Shown here: positions 52,558 to 54,646 of the stretch, in pieces
How the letters are laid out: every line of letters starts with the position of its first letter
Numbering within the stretch: position 1 is the first letter of the stretch
Source of the DNA: a virus
Taxonomy: Duplodnaviria; Caudoviricetes
IMG/VR virus record: IMGVR_UViG_3300044729_003149
Span: 1 to 54,646 of that record
Reading direction: 5' to 3' (one strand)
Length of the DNA: 54,646 nt
The notes under the pieces: model-generated
What the model saw: only the letters and a program-made list of their open reading frames with translations
Told to the model about the DNA's origin: nothing
The model's database searches: none
Position numbers and translations under genes: made by a program

Positions 52558-54645
52558 TTACTTTTTACTTTTGTTGCCCCAGTTGGCAGCACCTTTTTTA
52601 CGGCACTGCACCAGAGCACCTGAAGCATAGGCACTGGGCCAAACTTTGTAACGACTGCGTACCTTGTGATAGCAGGCATCTTGCTTTTCTGCCAGCACAC
52701 GATCTTCATAAGCAGCACCGCCACACTCAGGACATTGAGTGCGTTGTGATTCTTTTACATTGTATTTCTTCTTTAATTCTGCTGCCTTGGCATAACGCTC
52801 TTGGTCAGGAAGATCGTATGTGGCCTTTAATTCTTTGTAGTAGTCGGGATCAGGCAAGCCAGACTTCTTTCTTAATTCTTGATGACGCTGGTGTAGTTTA
52901 TCTTGCACAGAGCCTTCCGCCATACCTTGCTCTGACAACCATATCTTTTTAGAGGGCACTGTGCTACCAGCGCACGATGGGTCTGTATCAACCAATTGTT
53001 GAATAGTGTCAATCATTTTTTCTGCTTTTTGTTTACCAACAGGGGTGTTGATTTGTCCAGAATTGGCCAATGATTGTAATTGCGAGTGCAGGGCACCATA
53101 TTGTCGTTGTCCAGGAGTTTGTTTGAAACTGCCTTCCGCCACACCTTCTTGCATATACTTTTTCTGTAATTCCAAATCAGCAGGAGTTGCCTTCCTGATT
53201 AGATTAAGATATTTGTCTACCGGAACTGCTTTTATTTCTGTAGGCTTGATACCTTTTACTCCAGGTATTGAATAAAATTCCCTGTCATGGGCACCTTGAA
53301 CGAATTGAGGTTTACCATCGGGCCCATTGAATGGCACCTTGTGTAGATATACATTTTCACCTTTTCTAATATTTCCTTTGAACAACACCATTTGTGGGTC
53401 GTTTGGAAACATACCTGTATCACTGCCAGGAGTAGTAAGTCCCATTGCTATAGCAACCTTAGGATCACTGGTAGCGTAGATAGCATTTTGATTACTACCT
53501 GCGGCGCCGCCTGTGTCTACAGATTGGCGTGGTTCTAACATAGGAATCTTTTGTCTTGACCCGTGCCACAGATATTTTTGTTCGGAGCCTTCCGCCACAC
53601 CTTCTTTTAGACTTGTTATATAATTTACAGCAGATTTCAAACCTCTAAATTCTTTTACAAAAGCACGACCTGGTCCATGTCCATAAGCAATATATAGACC
53701 TTCAGAGGTGTCGGGCTGATTCTTTATTACATACCCGATCATTTCTTTGCCGCGAAATACATGCCATTCTTTTTCATGTCCGTCATCGTGAACTTTGTCA
53801 ACAGTGACATCGGGAGTTATGGAGCCTTCCGCCACATCTTGTTGACCTTTCATGGCCTGCAGCAGCGCACGGGCAACCACACGATCTTTTTCTTGTTCTT
53901 CATTGTCCAAATTTGCATAATTGATTTTCATCAATTTTGCTCGTTGCTGAAGTTTGGCATCTAGTTTACCAGCTTGTCTTAATTTTTCTGTATCATCAAA
54001 TTGATCAGGATTTTGCACAAATTTCTGCGCAGTGACATTCCAACCTTTGTGAATGGCATCTGAAATTTTTTCAATGTCAGTCACACCTGCATCTATCATT
54101 TTTTTGGCGTATGCTGCGGACATCAGATTTGCCTGCCAACCAAAAGTGTTCCCTGGCGCACTGCGGCCATAACCGTATGCGTTGTCTAGTGCTTCGTCAC
54201 TGATAGTTGCCAATTGTTGTATGCTTAGTTCCTGGGCAGAGCCTTCTGCCACATCTTCATATGCATAATCATCATCTGCTGTGAGACTGAGTGCATACTT
54301 TACATATTTTTTGTTATTGTCCAGTGCCTTTTCTAATTCTAAAATACCATATGGTGTGAATGTATCACGCTTCCAATCCCAGTAACCAGGAATGTCACTA
54401 ATCTCCGCAGCTATTTGTTGAATTTTAGCTTTGACTTTTGGGTCAAGTCCAAACATGTCTTCTGCCACACGCTGTTGATATTCTTGTTCGTCGTCGCTGC
54501 CAGCGTAGTCATTGTGTTCAACATCGCTGCTGTGAAAACTTTTGCGACCATGATTGTAGAGATCTACCACCACAAAGTCACCGTTGCGACCAATGTCTAC
54601 CACATCGCCAGTTTTGCCCCGGAACTCCACATTGCCAGTGATGAT
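52558..54645 (-). CDS. repeat-delimited polyprotein (RyR-like, ART-like and unknown modules), 5' end beyond window
   Basis: frame open to right edge; six V/MAE(G/D) junctions; IHKGW..YANLDNEEQEKDR; LWHGS..IYATSD; DACYHKVRSRYKVWPSAYASGAL tail. Confidence 0.8.
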   Translation of the reverse strand: MITGNVEFRGKTGDVVDIGRNGDFVVVDLYNHGRKSFHSSDVEHNDYAGSDDEQEYQQRVAEDMFGLDPKVKAKIQQIAAEISDIPGYWDWKRDTFTPYGILELEKALDNNKKYVKYALSLTADDDYAYEDVAEGSAQELSIQQLATISDEALDNAYGYGRSAPGNTFGWQANLMSAAYAKKMIDAGVTDIEKISDAIHKGWNVTAQKFVQNPDQFDDTEKLRQAGKLDAKLQQRAKLMKINYANLDNEEQEKDRVVARALLQAMKGQQDVAEGSITPDVTVDKVHDDGHEKEWHVFRGKEMIGYVIKNQPDTSEGLYIAYGHGPGRAFVKEFRGLKSAVNYITSLKEGVAEGSEQKYLWHGSRQKIPMLEPRQSVDTGGAAGSNQNAIYATSDPKVAIAMGLTTPGSDTGMFPNDPQMVLFKGNIRKGENVYLHKVPFNGPDGKPQFVQGAHDREFYSIPGVKGIKPTEIKAVPVDKYLNLIRKATPADLELQKKYMQEGVAEGSFKQTPGQRQYGALHSQLQSLANSGQINTPVGKQKAEKMIDTIQQLVDTDPSCAGSTVPSKKIWLSEQGMAEGSVQDKLHQRHQELRKKSGLPDPDYYKELKATYDLPDQERYAKAAELKKKYNVKESQRTQCPECGGAAYEDRVLAEKQDACYHKVRSRYKVWPSAYASGALVQCRKKGAANWGNKSKK
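52910..54474. repeat. six dispersed about 18-20-bp direct repeats encoding (G/D)VAEG
   Basis: consensus (+) GCCTTCYGCCAYAYCTT starting at 52912, 53131, 53587, 53824, 54241 and (divergent copy) 54457. Confidence 0.9.
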
Positions 54646-54646
54646 C

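Noticed and set aside
52910-54474. GVAEG repeats as a CRISPR array
   Set aside because: Spacers are about 200-440 bp, unequal and in-frame coding; repeats are degenerate; no cas genes.
1333-54641. Many plus-strand ORFs in the track (e.g. 20904-21521, 26891-27673, 41284-41916)
   Set aside because: They are antisense shadows of well-supported minus-strand genes, with no recognisable motifs.
1-54646. Stop-codon reassignment as in some large phages
   Set aside because: Core genes are full length under the standard code, and TAA, TAG and TGA all end genes at tight junctions.
1-54646. tRNA or rRNA genes
   Set aside because: Intergenic gaps are very short and no cloverleaf or T-loop pattern was recognised by eye; tRNAscan-SE was not run.

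Overview
This is a 54.6 kb fragment of a large T4-like (myovirus-type) dsDNA phage. Spanins and consensus sigma70 promoters point to a Gram-negative host. Genes are dense, almost all on the minus strand, and read intact with the standard code. The left half (about 0-31 kb) holds replication genes: 5'-3' exonuclease/RNase H, PolB, a probable sliding clamp and a DsbA-like protein. These are interleaved with a 7-deazaguanine pathway (folE, queD, queE, a DpdL-like T-fold protein, a large DpdA/TGT-like transglycosylase; no queC in the window), nucleotide-sugar and glycosyltransferase genes, and most of 8 SGNH-like paralogues. A pseudoknot/RBS-hairpin leader precedes queD. The right half holds Dps, ClpA, DnaJ, a lysis cassette (GH19, spanins, holin candidates) and two arrays of proteins with T4-like capsid-targeting N-termini (MRAxEFxxE). 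The most striking signal is in these arrays. Several members are modular polyproteins whose enzyme domains (NTase, HEXXH protease, HAD, Nudix, ART-like, RyR-like, GNAT, Gp88-like) are joined at hydrophobic-x-Glu motifs resembling prohead-protease sites. In two genes the junctions are also conserved DNA direct repeats (6 x GVAEG; 2 x NENFADGKV), suggesting a shuffled cassette system of virion-packaged effectors. All functional calls come from motif recognition by eye; no database searches were run.
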